A DNA stretch of 64,000 nt from an uncultured Bacilli bacterium (lineage in GTDB: Bacteria; Bacillota_I; Bacilli_A; RF39; UBA660), in assembly GCA_934098385.1 (NCBI GenBank), contig CAKOOJ010000001.1, positions 210,685 through 274,684 of the forward strand, written 5' to 3'. The position numbers and the translations under genes are program-made. Under the pieces are notes generated by a model. The model worked only from the letters and a program-made list of their open reading frames with translations. It did not search any database and had not been told where the DNA came from. Positions 9,489-20,035 of the stretch are shown piece after piece. Positions within the stretch are counted from its first letter, which is position 1, and each line of letters starts with the position of its first letter.

Positions 9489-10622
9489 TTATAATTTCTC
9501 TACTATTTTAAATAATTTTTCCATAGATTTATCTTGTTTTATTGTACTAATATTTTTTATCATCCTATTTCTTTCTTTATCATTATTTATTAATAGTTCT
9601 AGTTCTTTATTAAATATTTTTTTATTTCTTGCCCATTTAGCATAATTATGTAATGTTAAATATCTTCTATTATATATTTCTTGCCCACCATTACTTTTTA
9701 TTAAGATCATTGGTTTGTTAAAAAGAATGCATTCTGTTACTTGTGCTCCACCAGGTTTGGTAATTACTATATCACTTATTTTATATAATTCGTTTATGGT
9801 TTTTACAAAGCCTAATACTTTAATATTTTTCTTTTTATATTTTTTAACATATTCTTTTGCTTGTCTTTCTGCTTCTTTATTTCTTCCGGCCACAAACAGA
9901 ATGTTTATATCATAATTATTCTTTAACATTTCTTTAAAATATATTAAGTTGATAAGTGCTCCATTACCACCACCTACAAAAAATAATATATTTAATTTAT
10001 TATTATCACATTTATATTTTTTTAATAGAATATTTTTATCTTCTGTTTTTAAAGTATCCATACATATTGGTATACCAGAAGTGTGGATTTGTTTATTTTT
10101 ATATCCTTTTTTTATTAAATTTAATCTTTCTTCAAAGCTACTTACTATTATTGCATCAGTATTTTTAATATTATTTAACCAAAAGTCATGTGATTTGTAA
10201 TCTGTAACTACAGTTATAAGTTTAGAGTTTATATATCCCTTTTTATTGTAATAATTAATTATATCACTTCCAAAAAAGTGTGTTGCAATTGTTATATCTG
10301 GATTAAATGTAGTTATTTCTTTTCTTAATTTTTTATTATCTAGTAATTTTATATTGATTTTACCAGATACATAAGACGATAATTTGTTATCAAATATAAA
10401 ATATATTAGTGACCATATGCTGGGAAATTTTGTCATTAGTGTTTCACTAACTTTTTTACTAAATGAACCTAGGATGGGAATTGTGTAGTTTATTAAATCT
10501 AGTGATAAACAGTCATAATTTCCATTTTCTTCAAAATATTTTTTTATATAGCCAGCGATTGCTTTATGACCAGTTCCGTAAGTAGCATATGGTATTAAAA
10601 TTTTTTTCTTCATAAATATCAC
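9489..10622 (-). CDS. ugtP: GT28-family diacylglycerol glycosyltransferase, UgtP/MGDG-synthase-like
   Basis: The N-terminal YATYGTGHKAIA motif is typical of MGDG-synthase/UgtP. Size and domain order fit. Confidence 0.75.
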   Translation of the reverse strand: MIFMKKKILIPYATYGTGHKAIAGYIKKYFEENGNYDCLSLDLINYTIPILGSFSKKVSETLMTKFPSIWSLIYFIFDNKLSSYVSGKINIKLLDNKKLRKEITTFNPDITIATHFFGSDIINYYNKKGYINSKLITVVTDYKSHDFWLNNIKNTDAIIVSSFEERLNLIKKGYKNKQIHTSGIPICMDTLKTEDKNILLKKYKCDNNKLNILFFVGGGNGALINLIYFKEMLKNNYDINILFVAGRNKEAERQAKEYVKKYKKKNIKVLGFVKTINELYKISDIVITKPGGAQVTECILFNKPMILIKSNGGQEIYNRRYLTLHNYAKWARNKKIFNKELELLINNDKERNRMIKNISTIKQDKSMEKLFKIVEKL

Positions 10623-10785
10623 TAATATAGTTTATCATATTTTTCTAAGTATTTAAATATTTATATCTAAAATATAAAACAACAAAGCTTATAATGATAC
10701 TTAAATAAAATAATATAACCTCCTTATAATCAAATAAATATTTTTTCATATCAATTACCTCCTTCTTACATTTTATATTTTAATA

Positions 10786-10799
10786 CGTATATTTGTTCG
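10786..10799. promoter_or_regulatory. weak candidate LexA (Cheo) box, CGAACAAATATACG, in the ugtP–lexA divergent intergenic region
   Basis: Left half-site CGAAC is perfect. Right half-site ATACG has 2 mismatches to GTTCG. Confidence 0.2.
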
Positions 10800-10825
10800 T
10801 GTCAATATAAAATATAAACAATTGT

Positions 10826-10854
10826 TTGACATTTTACATAATTAATGTTAATAT
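10826..10854 (+). promoter_or_regulatory. sigma-A-type promoter for lexA (TTGACA, 17 nt, TAATAT)
   Basis: Near-consensus -35 and -10 elements lie ~22 nt upstream of the lexA RBS GAGGTGAAG. Confidence 0.45.
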
Positions 10855-10875
10855 TTATTTAGAGGTGAAGTAATT

Positions 10876-11493
10876 ATGGAAAAAATAACTGCAAAGCAAA
10901 ATGAAACGTTAACTTTTGTAAAAAAATATATTGTAAATCATGGTTTCCCACCATCAGTAAGAGAAATATGTAAGGGAATGAATTTATCTAGTCCTGCAAC
11001 TGTTCATGCACATTTAAGACAATTAGAAAAAAAAGGAATTATTAGGAAAGAATCTAATAAATTTAGAACAATTGAATTATTAGTAGAAAATGAATTTGCA
11101 GAAAAAAATGAAGAAATTGTTAAAGTACCATTGTTAGGTAAAGTTTCTTGTGGTAATCCTATAGAAGCAATAGAACAACCAAATGAATTTTTTGATATAC
11201 CTGCAAGTCTTATACCACCTAAAGAAACAATATTTACATTAAAATGTTCTGGTGAGTCTATGATTAATGTAGGAATATATGATGGTGATTTTGTTATTAT
11301 ACAAAAGCAAAAAGTTGCAAGAAATGGTGATATAGTGGTTGCACTAACTGACGATGGCGAAGTTACTTTAAAAACATTTTATAAGGAAAAAGATCATATT
11401 AGATTACAACCAGAAAATGATACTATGTCTCCAATTATACTTAAAAATTGTACTATATTAGGAAAAGCAATAGGTTTATATAGAAAGTTCTAG
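10876..11493 (+). CDS. lexA: LexA repressor
   Basis: N-terminal winged HTH, catalytic Ser (CSGESM) and Lys (LKTF…K) in the S24 peptidase domain, and an xxG cleavage-site region. Confidence 0.9.
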   Translation: MEKITAKQNETLTFVKKYIVNHGFPPSVREICKGMNLSSPATVHAHLRQLEKKGIIRKESNKFRTIELLVENEFAEKNEEIVKVPLLGKVSCGNPIEAIEQPNEFFDIPASLIPPKETIFTLKCSGESMINVGIYDGDFVIIQKQKVARNGDIVVALTDDGEVTLKTFYKEKDHIRLQPENDTMSPIILKNCTILGKAIGLYRKF

Positions 11494-11525
11494 CAATAGA
11501 ATTTTTTTGTTTAAAAAAAGAATTA

Positions 11526-13301
11526 TTAGTATTTATCAATAATTCTTTTTAATTCGTTTCTTAATTCTCTTGTTAATATATAATCACTATATCCATCTTT
11601 TATATAATATTTCTTTATCTTTTCTTTATTTTCATTTAATAATATTATACATGGTATTTTAAATTCTTTTAGATTTTTTAATTTCTTTATTGTTTCATAA
11701 CCATTTATTTCTTTCATTTCATCTTCTATTATTATATAATCATATTTCTTTCCACTTTTTATTCTATCTACTGCATCTAATCCATATAGTATATATGATC
11801 CATTTATTTCATTTTCATTTAGTACTTTCTTTATTATTTCTCTTATCTTTTTATCTTGACATACTACTAATACTTTTTTTGTTCCATAATTATTATTATT
11901 TACTATCTTTTCTTCTTCTCTATATATTTTTTGATCTATTGTTAGTATTACTTCTGTTCCTTTTCCTAGTTTACTCTTTATTAATAAGTTTCCTCCTAAT
12001 GATTTTATTATCTTTTGACATAATTCTATATTAAATTCAGACTTTTCTAAATTATCTATATCTTCTTTATTTAATTCTCCTGTTACACTTAATATTTCGT
12101 TTATCTTTTCTAATCCTATTCCACATCCACTATCTGTTATTCTAAATATTACTCTACATACGTCATATTTCTCTATTGTATTTACATTAAATTCTATAAA
12201 TCCATTCTCTGTTTTCTTTACTGCATTCATTAACAAAGAATATAATACTTGTTTTAATTTTATATTATCTCCATATAAGTATGGTATATTATTCGGTATA
12301 CTATATCTAAATTTAACATTATTATTTATACTAGGTTCTACTCTTTTTACTAAATCTTCATATAACCTATCTAAATTATATCTATTATTTAATATTTTTA
12401 CTTTTTGTACATCTAATGTACTTACATTAAGTACATCATTTACTACAAAGTCTAACTGTCTAGAAGCATTATAAATATATCCTAATCCTTCTTTATATTC
12501 ATCTTTAGTAGGATTATTATCTATTAATACTTTACTAGTATTTTTTATATAATTTAATGGTTCTCTTACTTCTTGTGTCATTTCAAATATAAAATTAGAT
12601 TTATCTATATATGATTGTTCTGTTATTTCATTGTTTCTTTCTAATTCTTTCATTTGTTTAACATCTGGATTTTCTATTGTGAAATACATTAAAAATGTTA
12701 TAAATGCTTCACCAAATGTTAGTAGCAATAAACCTGGATTTAATTTTTGTATAATCATTATTATTGTACCTACAATTAAAAATGCAGTCATTGGAATAAA
12801 CTTTTTTTCTTTTAAAAATTTAATGTTTTTTATCATACAACCAATTACAATTAATATGAACAAACTAGATATTATATACATTAAGTTAGTACTAGGTCCA
12901 TACGAAAATACGATTCCGTTTTCATTATAATAATAAAGTGGTAATATGATTACTCCTACTAATAAAATTATTGTTATTATAAATATATTTTTTATTAGTT
13001 TATTTTTATCAATACCTTTAACTGTTATTAACAATATGTACATAGTAAATATCATAAGCCACATTACTAAGTATACTAAATATGCCTTTGATGTAATGAT
13101 ATTAAAAACTCCAAATATTTCTTTGTATTTCATAAAATAATAACAAGGAACTCCAATGATTGTACCAAATAAACTTGTTAATATTAAATATGAATATATT
13201 TTATTTTCTAATGTATTAAATCTTTCTTTTTTAAAATAAACAATATTTAAAAGTGATATAAAGAAAAAACTACACATTGTAAAAGATATTCCTACACTCA
13301 T
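11526..13301 (-). CDS. membrane-bound hybrid sensor histidine kinase-like protein (about 6 TM helices, DHp, HATPase_c and REC) with atypical catalytic residues
   Basis: G1 and G2 boxes are present (ITDSGCGIG, GGNLLIKSKLGKGTEV). The H-box reads MTQEVREPLNYI, with Gln in place of the phosphoacceptor His. The C-terminal receiver starts VLVVCQDKK, so it lacks the canonical DD pair. Confidence 0.7.
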   Translation of the reverse strand: MSVGISFTMCSFFFISLLNIVYFKKERFNTLENKIYSYLILTSLFGTIIGVPCYYFMKYKEIFGVFNIITSKAYLVYLVMWLMIFTMYILLITVKGIDKNKLIKNIFIITIILLVGVIILPLYYYNENGIVFSYGPSTNLMYIISSLFILIVIGCMIKNIKFLKEKKFIPMTAFLIVGTIIMIIQKLNPGLLLLTFGEAFITFLMYFTIENPDVKQMKELERNNEITEQSYIDKSNFIFEMTQEVREPLNYIKNTSKVLIDNNPTKDEYKEGLGYIYNASRQLDFVVNDVLNVSTLDVQKVKILNNRYNLDRLYEDLVKRVEPSINNNVKFRYSIPNNIPYLYGDNIKLKQVLYSLLMNAVKKTENGFIEFNVNTIEKYDVCRVIFRITDSGCGIGLEKINEILSVTGELNKEDIDNLEKSEFNIELCQKIIKSLGGNLLIKSKLGKGTEVILTIDQKIYREEEKIVNNNNYGTKKVLVVCQDKKIREIIKKVLNENEINGSYILYGLDAVDRIKSGKKYDYIIIEDEMKEINGYETIKKLKNLKEFKIPCIILLNENKEKIKKYYIKDGYSDYILTRELRNELKRIIDKY

Positions 13302-13357
13302 ATTATCAACTACTTTCTAAAAAAATTATAACATAAAAAAAAGAAAAGAAAAATAAA

Positions 13358-16117
13358 TTAATTATCTTTCTTAATACTATTTATAAATTCTATATTTTTA
13401 AATTTATCTTTTTCTCCAATATTACTAAGCTTAATCATATCAACTTTTCCTGCTAAATTATATGGAAGTTTATCAACATATCTATACCACATAGGTTGTT
13501 CTCTTTCAGGTATATATTTGTTTTGTAATTCTTTTATTTCATTATGTATCTTGTCTATACTCATATTACTATCTTTTTTTAATACTATAAATGCCATTGG
13601 TCTTTTACCAGTACTTTTATTATTTACTGTTACTCCAACAACTGCACATGATTCAACACAATCATGTTTATCAATAGCATTTTCTATAGGTAAAAGAGGT
13701 ACTGTATGACCATCTGGTCTCATAATAACGTTTTTTATTCTATCCATAAAGAATATTACACCATCTTCATCCATATAAACTAAGTCTCCAGTTTTAGCCC
13801 ATTTAACTCCTTTTTCATCTATATAGAAAAATTTATCTGTCTCCTCTTTATTGTTTAAATAACCTTTCATCATAGTAGGACTTGTAACATATAATTCTCC
13901 CACTTTTTTTTCTCTTCCATATGTTAGATGCTCTTTAGTGTTTGGGTCTATTATCATAACATTGTTGCCTACATGTGCTATACCAACACTACCAACTTTA
14001 TTTACATCATCATTAACCGTAGTTATGAATCCTCCACCGAATTCACTCATTCCTAATCCTTTTTTTAATTTATTAGTATTATGATTTATTAAATATTCAT
14101 TAACCTTATATTCTCTGTTAGGACTCATTTTATCTCCACCAGATATTGCATTTTTTAAGAAAGTTATATCTTCTTTATTGAATGTTTTACTTTCCGATAA
14201 AATTTCAAAAAATCTAGGAACACCCATAACATGTGTTGGTTTATATTTTTTTAACATTGTAGCGAAATGTTTAGGTTTATATTTAGCAATTAATTCTATA
14301 GTAACACCACTTGATAAAGCATTATGCATACCACTACTTGATCCATATGCTGAGAAAAATGGTACATTTCCCATAAATATTTCTCCTACTTTAGGCAAAA
14401 TTCCAGAATATTTAAGTTGCATATTTTGTCCATTATATGTTTCATTTCTCAATTCTGCACCTTTAGGTTTTCCAGTTGTACCACTAGTATAAACTACAGT
14501 AGCAACTTCATCTTTAGTATATGGATTATCAGAAAATTGTAAAACACTTTCTCCTATTTTTATAAAGTCTTTGTAATCAATATATTTTCCATTAGTTTTT
14601 ACTTTTTTATGTGTTAAATTATACGTATTTCTAACCTTTTTAGATTTAATTGAATTAACTGGACTAACAGATATTACATGTTTTAATTCTTCTCTGTCAA
14701 TTAATTTATCTATATTCTTTTTACATAAATCAACCATTACTAAAACTTTACTATGGCTTTCATCTAAATAACTTTTTATCCTACTATAAGGTGTTCTAGG
14801 TTCTATCAAACATGCAATTGCACCAATTTTATTTACTGCGTAAAATAGATAAACAAACTCTGGTATGTTAGGCATTGAAAAAGTAACATGGTCTCCCTTT
14901 CTAACACCTAGTGCATATAAACTTTTACTAGCTTTTTCTATTTCATTAAATAATTCATAATATTTTATTTCTTCACCTAAATATTTTAGTGCAACTTCTA
15001 AATAATTATCTTTATTTAATTCTTTTAAATTTTGATAAAGAGTATAAGGTAATACTTTATCATTTTTAGATTCTTCAGGATAATATTTACACCAAGGCAT
15101 ATCTATTTCAGGTAATCCTGTTTTTCTTAGTTTTTCCCTTTCTATTTCCTTATTTAAATAATCTACAATATTAAGATTATTATTATCTATATTACCAACA
15201 TAATTTGTTTTTATATTTTTTTTATTTATTTTTATTTCTATACTACCAAAACTAGATTTTTTGTTATTAATAACATTACATATTTTAATATCTTCCACAT
15301 TAAATAATTTCAATTCATCTTTACCAATACATATAAACTTATTATAAAAACTAAAATATCTATTATATCTATCACTATATCTATCAATTATTTTAGATAA
15401 TTCATATTCATTTATCATATCAAATTTAGAATATACTTTATCATATTTATTATCTATTAAATTATTTAATAATATATTATCTTTAGTAAATAGAATATTT
15501 CCATCATCAAATGATATATTATTATTTAAAATTAAGTAATTTATTAAAACAAAATCTATATAATTTAAGCATATATTATTATTTTTTATACCTAATCTTG
15601 AATCTAATTCATCTAAACTATTAAGTATATCTTCATCTTTTAAATTTAATTCTATATTATTATCATAATACTTAATATTAAAATTATCAAAGTATACAAT
15701 TTCTTTATTATAATATTTTGATATGTCATAGAATTTATTCCAATCCATAACAGTATCTTCATCATTACCTATACTATTATATAATATAATTTTTTTATAA
15801 CTATCTATATCTATTTTCTCAATATTATTAACAAATAAATAATTTGCTTCACTAATTATATCTCTTTTATTATTTGTTTCATTATCAATTAAAATTATAC
15901 TTAATCCTAATTTATTAAATGCATATATTATTTCTAAAAATTTAATAGAATTACTTTTTTCTATAACAATATTATCTTTATTATTTATACCTAATTCTAA
16001 AATACTTCTACTTAATTTATCTATATCTTTAATAAATTGAGTAGATGTTTTAGTATCTATTTTTTTTGTATTGTTTTTTAATTTTTTCTTTACTATATAA
16101 TAAACAGTATTTTTCAT
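13358..16117 (-). CDS. long-chain acyl-CoA synthetase (AMP-dependent ligase) with an N/I-rich N-terminal extension of ~350 aa
   Basis: The C-terminal 550 aa carry the AMP-binding motifs YTSGTTGKPKG and GELYV…MKGY and the hinge TGDL…DGV…DRIK. The first ~90 aa of the N-terminal region (…LSRSILELGINNKDNIVIE…LGLSIILIDNE) resemble the start of an adenylation domain; the rest, to ~350, is low-complexity. Confidence 0.8.
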   Translation of the reverse strand: MKNTVYYIVKKKLKNNTKKIDTKTSTQFIKDIDKLSRSILELGINNKDNIVIEKSNSIKFLEIIYAFNKLGLSIILIDNETNNKRDIISEANYLFVNNIEKIDIDSYKKIILYNSIGNDEDTVMDWNKFYDISKYYNKEIVYFDNFNIKYYDNNIELNLKDEDILNSLDELDSRLGIKNNNICLNYIDFVLINYLILNNNISFDDGNILFTKDNILLNNLIDNKYDKVYSKFDMINEYELSKIIDRYSDRYNRYFSFYNKFICIGKDELKLFNVEDIKICNVINNKKSSFGSIEIKINKKNIKTNYVGNIDNNNLNIVDYLNKEIEREKLRKTGLPEIDMPWCKYYPEESKNDKVLPYTLYQNLKELNKDNYLEVALKYLGEEIKYYELFNEIEKASKSLYALGVRKGDHVTFSMPNIPEFVYLFYAVNKIGAIACLIEPRTPYSRIKSYLDESHSKVLVMVDLCKKNIDKLIDREELKHVISVSPVNSIKSKKVRNTYNLTHKKVKTNGKYIDYKDFIKIGESVLQFSDNPYTKDEVATVVYTSGTTGKPKGAELRNETYNGQNMQLKYSGILPKVGEIFMGNVPFFSAYGSSSGMHNALSSGVTIELIAKYKPKHFATMLKKYKPTHVMGVPRFFEILSESKTFNKEDITFLKNAISGGDKMSPNREYKVNEYLINHNTNKLKKGLGMSEFGGGFITTVNDDVNKVGSVGIAHVGNNVMIIDPNTKEHLTYGREKKVGELYVTSPTMMKGYLNNKEETDKFFYIDEKGVKWAKTGDLVYMDEDGVIFFMDRIKNVIMRPDGHTVPLLPIENAIDKHDCVESCAVVGVTVNNKSTGKRPMAFIVLKKDSNMSIDKIHNEIKELQNKYIPEREQPMWYRYVDKLPYNLAGKVDMIKLSNIGEKDKFKNIEFINSIKKDN

Positions 16118-16258
16118 ATAATCCCCCTCATAAAATAGTCCTATTATATATCTTTTATAAATTAATTTATATATTTTTGTCTAAAAGTGCTATTTTTATG
16201 TCTAAAATATGTATTTCACTCTTATATAATATCATAATTTATATGAAAATCAAAAAAA

Positions 16259-18427
16259 TTATATATTTATTGGATTACTATCTATTTCTAAATATATATT
16301 TTTTTCATTAATATACATATTATCGATAAATTTAATACTATCATATAGTAAATTATCATATTTATACTTTATAATTATTTGAAATCTATAAATATTATTT
16401 AATTTAAATAAACTAGCAGTTGAAGGCCCCAATATAATTGATTTTTTATCTATATTATTTCTTAAATAATTACATATTTTAGTAGCATTTTTACTAGCTA
16501 TATCATAATCACTACTACATATTTTTAAACTTAAAATATAATAAAATGGTGGATAATTTAATTTCTTTCTTAAATTCATTTCATATTTATAAAAATTAAT
16601 ATAATCATTATTCTTTAAATATTTAAATAAAATATTATCTGGATTAAAAGTTTGTAATATTACTTTACTATCAATTCCACTTCTACCTGCTCTACCACTT
16701 ACTTGATTTAACAAACTAAATGTTTTTTCATTACTTCTAAAATCCGGTATATTTAATGTTTCATCTGCATTTATTACACCTACTAAATTAATATCTGGAA
16801 AATCTAACCCTTTACTAATCATTTGAGTTCCTACAACTATATCAACTTCTTTATTTTCTATCATTTTAATATATTTTTCATGACTACCTTTTCTTATTGT
16901 AGTATCCCTATCCATTCTTAGTATTCTTGCGGTTGGAAACATTTTTTTTAATTCTATTTCTAATTTTTCAGTACCAGTACCATAATTTCTAATTGCGTCT
17001 TCACCACAATTAGGACAAGTTTTTTTTAAATATGTAATATACCCACAATAATGACATCTTAAATTATTATTACTCTTATGATATGTTAATGTTATTTCAC
17101 AATGTGGACATTTATAAGTATATCCACAATTTTGACAACTTACAAATGTACTAAATCCTCTTCTATTAAGTAATATCATAGCTTGTTTCTTATTTTTTAA
17201 AGTATTATATATTTCTTTTTTTAACTCATCACTAAATAAAAGATTTCTTTTCTTCACCTCTTCTTTCATATCTACTAATATAACTTCCGGTAATTTATAA
17301 TTTCCTACTCTTTTATCTAAAATTAATAATTTATATACTCCCTTTTGTGCTCTCGCAAAAGATTCTAAACTAGGAGTAGCACTGCCTAATATTAGTGGAC
17401 AATTATTATATGAAGATCTTTTTTTGGCTATATCAATAGTATTATATCTAGGATTACTTTCCTGTTTATATGAACTTGTATGCTCTTCATCAATTATTAT
17501 TATTCCTATATTATTTAATGGGGCAAATATAGCACTACGTGTTCCAACTACAACTTTAACTTCACCCTTATTTATTTTTGTATATTCATCATATTTTTCT
17601 CCATCAGACAAACCACTATGTAATATTGCAACATCACTTCCAAAAGAAGAATATAACCTATTTACCATTTGTGTAGTTAAACTTATTTCTGGTACTAACA
17701 TTATTGCAGTTTTTCCTTTATATAAAACTTTTTTAATTAAATCAATATACACTATTGTTTTCCCACTGCCAGTTATACCATACAAAAGATATATGAGTGA
17801 TTTATCTAATATAACTTTATCAACAACTGCTTGTTGATCATCTGTAAGTGTATAACATTTCTTACTTAAAATATTGTTATTTAATCTATATTTTTTCTCT
17901 TTTTCAATTCTTATAATACCTTCTTCTAATAATTTTTTATATACAATACTTACATCTTTTTTATTTATTTTTCCATTAACAATTAATCTATTTAATATAT
18001 CAATTTTAGCTTTACTTCTTTTATTATTATTAATATAATTCATTATCTCATCTTTATCTTTATTTAAAACAAGATATTCATCATATTTATCATAATTATT
18101 CTTTACATCTTTTACTTTTAAACTAGATGGTAACATTGTTTGATATGCCTTTATAAGTGTACAAAATGTAACATCTGATAAATATTTTCCTAACTTTAAT
18201 AATTCTTCATTCAAATATATATCCGGATTTACAACTTCTACTATTTCATTTAAATTTTCTACATCAGTCTCACTTATAATAGATGTTACAATCCCATTTA
18301 TTGTTTTCTTATTAAATAATACTTTTACTTTATTACCAACATTTACTTTCATATTATCTGGTATCTTATATGTAAATTCTTTATTTAACATTTTGGAACT
18401 ATATTCTATTAATACTAAAGCATACAT
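16259..18427 (-). CDS. priA: primosomal protein N' (replication restart helicase PriA)
   Basis: Walker A GITGSGKT, DEEH box, and the Cys-rich zinc region CQNCGYTYKCPHC…CHYCGY. Confidence 0.9.
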   Translation of the reverse strand: MYALVLIEYSSKMLNKEFTYKIPDNMKVNVGNKVKVLFNKKTINGIVTSIISETDVENLNEIVEVVNPDIYLNEELLKLGKYLSDVTFCTLIKAYQTMLPSSLKVKDVKNNYDKYDEYLVLNKDKDEIMNYINNNKRSKAKIDILNRLIVNGKINKKDVSIVYKKLLEEGIIRIEKEKKYRLNNNILSKKCYTLTDDQQAVVDKVILDKSLIYLLYGITGSGKTIVYIDLIKKVLYKGKTAIMLVPEISLTTQMVNRLYSSFGSDVAILHSGLSDGEKYDEYTKINKGEVKVVVGTRSAIFAPLNNIGIIIIDEEHTSSYKQESNPRYNTIDIAKKRSSYNNCPLILGSATPSLESFARAQKGVYKLLILDKRVGNYKLPEVILVDMKEEVKKRNLLFSDELKKEIYNTLKNKKQAMILLNRRGFSTFVSCQNCGYTYKCPHCEITLTYHKSNNNLRCHYCGYITYLKKTCPNCGEDAIRNYGTGTEKLEIELKKMFPTARILRMDRDTTIRKGSHEKYIKMIENKEVDIVVGTQMISKGLDFPDINLVGVINADETLNIPDFRSNEKTFSLLNQVSGRAGRSGIDSKVILQTFNPDNILFKYLKNNDYINFYKYEMNLRKKLNYPPFYYILSLKICSSDYDIASKNATKICNYLRNNIDKKSIILGPSTASLFKLNNIYRFQIIIKYKYDNLLYDSIKFIDNMYINEKNIYLEIDSNPINI

Positions 18428-18475
18428 ACCATCACTCTTTTCTAAGTGTTATTATATATGAATTATTTTTTATTA

Positions 18476-18808
18476 TCAAGAATTATTTTGTTTATCAATA
18501 ATATGTTTTAATTCTTTAATTCTCTTATTTTTTTCTTTTATTATCTTTTCATTAATATATATTTGTTCATTTAATTCATCATATTCTCGTCTTGTTAAAT
18601 ATATATAATTTATTGGCTCACTCTCACTATATTTTAATAATGTAAATAATGTAATAATACCAAGAAAAAATAAACCAGACAAAATTAAATAAATATAAAA
18701 ATCTTCATTAGTTTTAAAATACTTATTTATACTATATATTAATACTATAATTAATAAAATTTGCACAAAATGTATTATTTTTTGTCCTAAATCACTACTT
18801 TTTTTCAT
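18476..18808 (-). CDS. hypothetical small membrane protein
   Basis: Two predicted TM helices and a K/E-rich C-terminal tail. Confidence 0.35.
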   Translation of the reverse strand: MKKSSDLGQKIIHFVQILLIIVLIYSINKYFKTNEDFYIYLILSGLFFLGIITLFTLLKYSESEPINYIYLTRREYDELNEQIYINEKIIKEKNKRIKELKHIIDKQNNS

Positions 18809-18897
18809 AATAAAAATATCCCTTCATTTATTGATTATATCAATTAAAGGGATATTTTAAAATTATAAATTAACTATTTGACGTTAATTTTACGATA

Positions 18898-19146
18898 TTA
18901 ATCTTCTCTATCTAGATTTAAAAATATATCATCAGAAAAGAAATCTTTTAACGTAATACCTAAACCATCACAAATTCTTATAATTGTTAATAGTTTTGGA
19001 TTTTTAGATTTACCATTAACTAAACTATCTACAGTACTTTGAGTTAAACAACTTATAGTAGCTAGTTTATTTATAGTTATATCCCTTTCTTTGATGATAC
19101 ATAATATTTTCTTAGATATTGCTTCACTTATCTTCATAATAATCAC
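18898..19146 (-). CDS. XRE-family helix-turn-helix transcriptional regulator
   Basis: LATISCLTQSTVDSLVNG is a typical HTH_3 motif. Confidence 0.6.
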   Translation of the reverse strand: MIIMKISEAISKKILCIIKERDITINKLATISCLTQSTVDSLVNGKSKNPKLLTIIRICDGLGITLKDFFSDDIFLNLDRED

Positions 19147-19285
19147 CTAACATAATTTTACAAATGTTTTAGGTGCTAATCATAACGTCATGTTGTTAAA
19201 TTTAAAAAATTTGTAAAAAAATAATATTTTTAAAACTCGTAAATGATATATTTAATCTATATCTTATTACTATTATGGATAAATA

Positions 19286-19567
19286 TTATTTTATTATAAC
19301 TGATATTTCATTATACAACTTTTGAATTTCTAAATTAATATTATTTAATTCATCTTCCCACTTTTGATGACTTGTTTTAAATATTTTCATAGGCTCAAAC
19401 AAAATATGATCTTCTAATTCTTCTTTTAAATACTTATATCTATTAAAAAGTACATCAAGTAACAGTTTATCTAATCTTTCAAAGCCATAATACATATCGT
19501 CATATAATTTTAAGAAATTTTCTAATGTTTTTTCATTTTGGTTCATAAATTCACTCCTTTTATACAA
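19286..19567 (-). CDS. hypothetical protein
   Basis: 93-aa ORF, divergent from the 19712..20023 ORF. No recognisable motifs. Confidence 0.35.
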   Translation of the reverse strand: MYKRSEFMNQNEKTLENFLKLYDDMYYGFERLDKLLLDVLFNRYKYLKEELEDHILFEPMKIFKTSHQKWEDELNNINLEIQKLYNEISVIIK

Positions 19568-19711
19568 ATTAATAAGTCTTATTTATATTGTTTTACAATA
19601 TATATGAATTATAACAAAAAAATATATTTTTAGTTTGAAATTTGCGCGAAAGTGTGGCTTATTTGTCTGAAAATATATGAAATAATTTTTATATGAGGTG
19701 ATTACGTAAAA

Positions 19712-20023
19712 ATGGCAGTAAAAGAGTACGATTTGTTACAAAGAAAAGTAAGTATTGTTAATCAAGAAATACTTTATCTAAACATTTGTAAAAATATAAA
19801 GAAATTTCGTATAGAAAAATACAATGAATTTAAAACATTAGAACATAGAAATATAATAAATCCATATTCAACAGAAAATATTAGTGCACTTTTAGATTAC
19901 AGTCACAACCACTATAAAAGATTTGAAAGTGAAACAGATAGCACTAAAAAAATACCACTAGAAAAATTAATAAAACTATCAATTATATTAGATAAAAATA
20001 TAGAAGACTTTTTTAAAGATTAA
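19712..20023 (+). CDS. hypothetical protein whose C-terminus resembles an XRE-type HTH tail
   Basis: The C-terminal IPLEKLIKLSIILDKNIEDFF parallels the C-terminus of the HTH protein at 18898..19146. Confidence 0.35.
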   Translation: MAVKEYDLLQRKVSIVNQEILYLNICKNIKKFRIEKYNEFKTLEHRNIINPYSTENISALLDYSHNHYKRFESETDSTKKIPLEKLIKLSIILDKNIEDFFKD

Positions 20024-20035
20024 AAATCCCAACTA

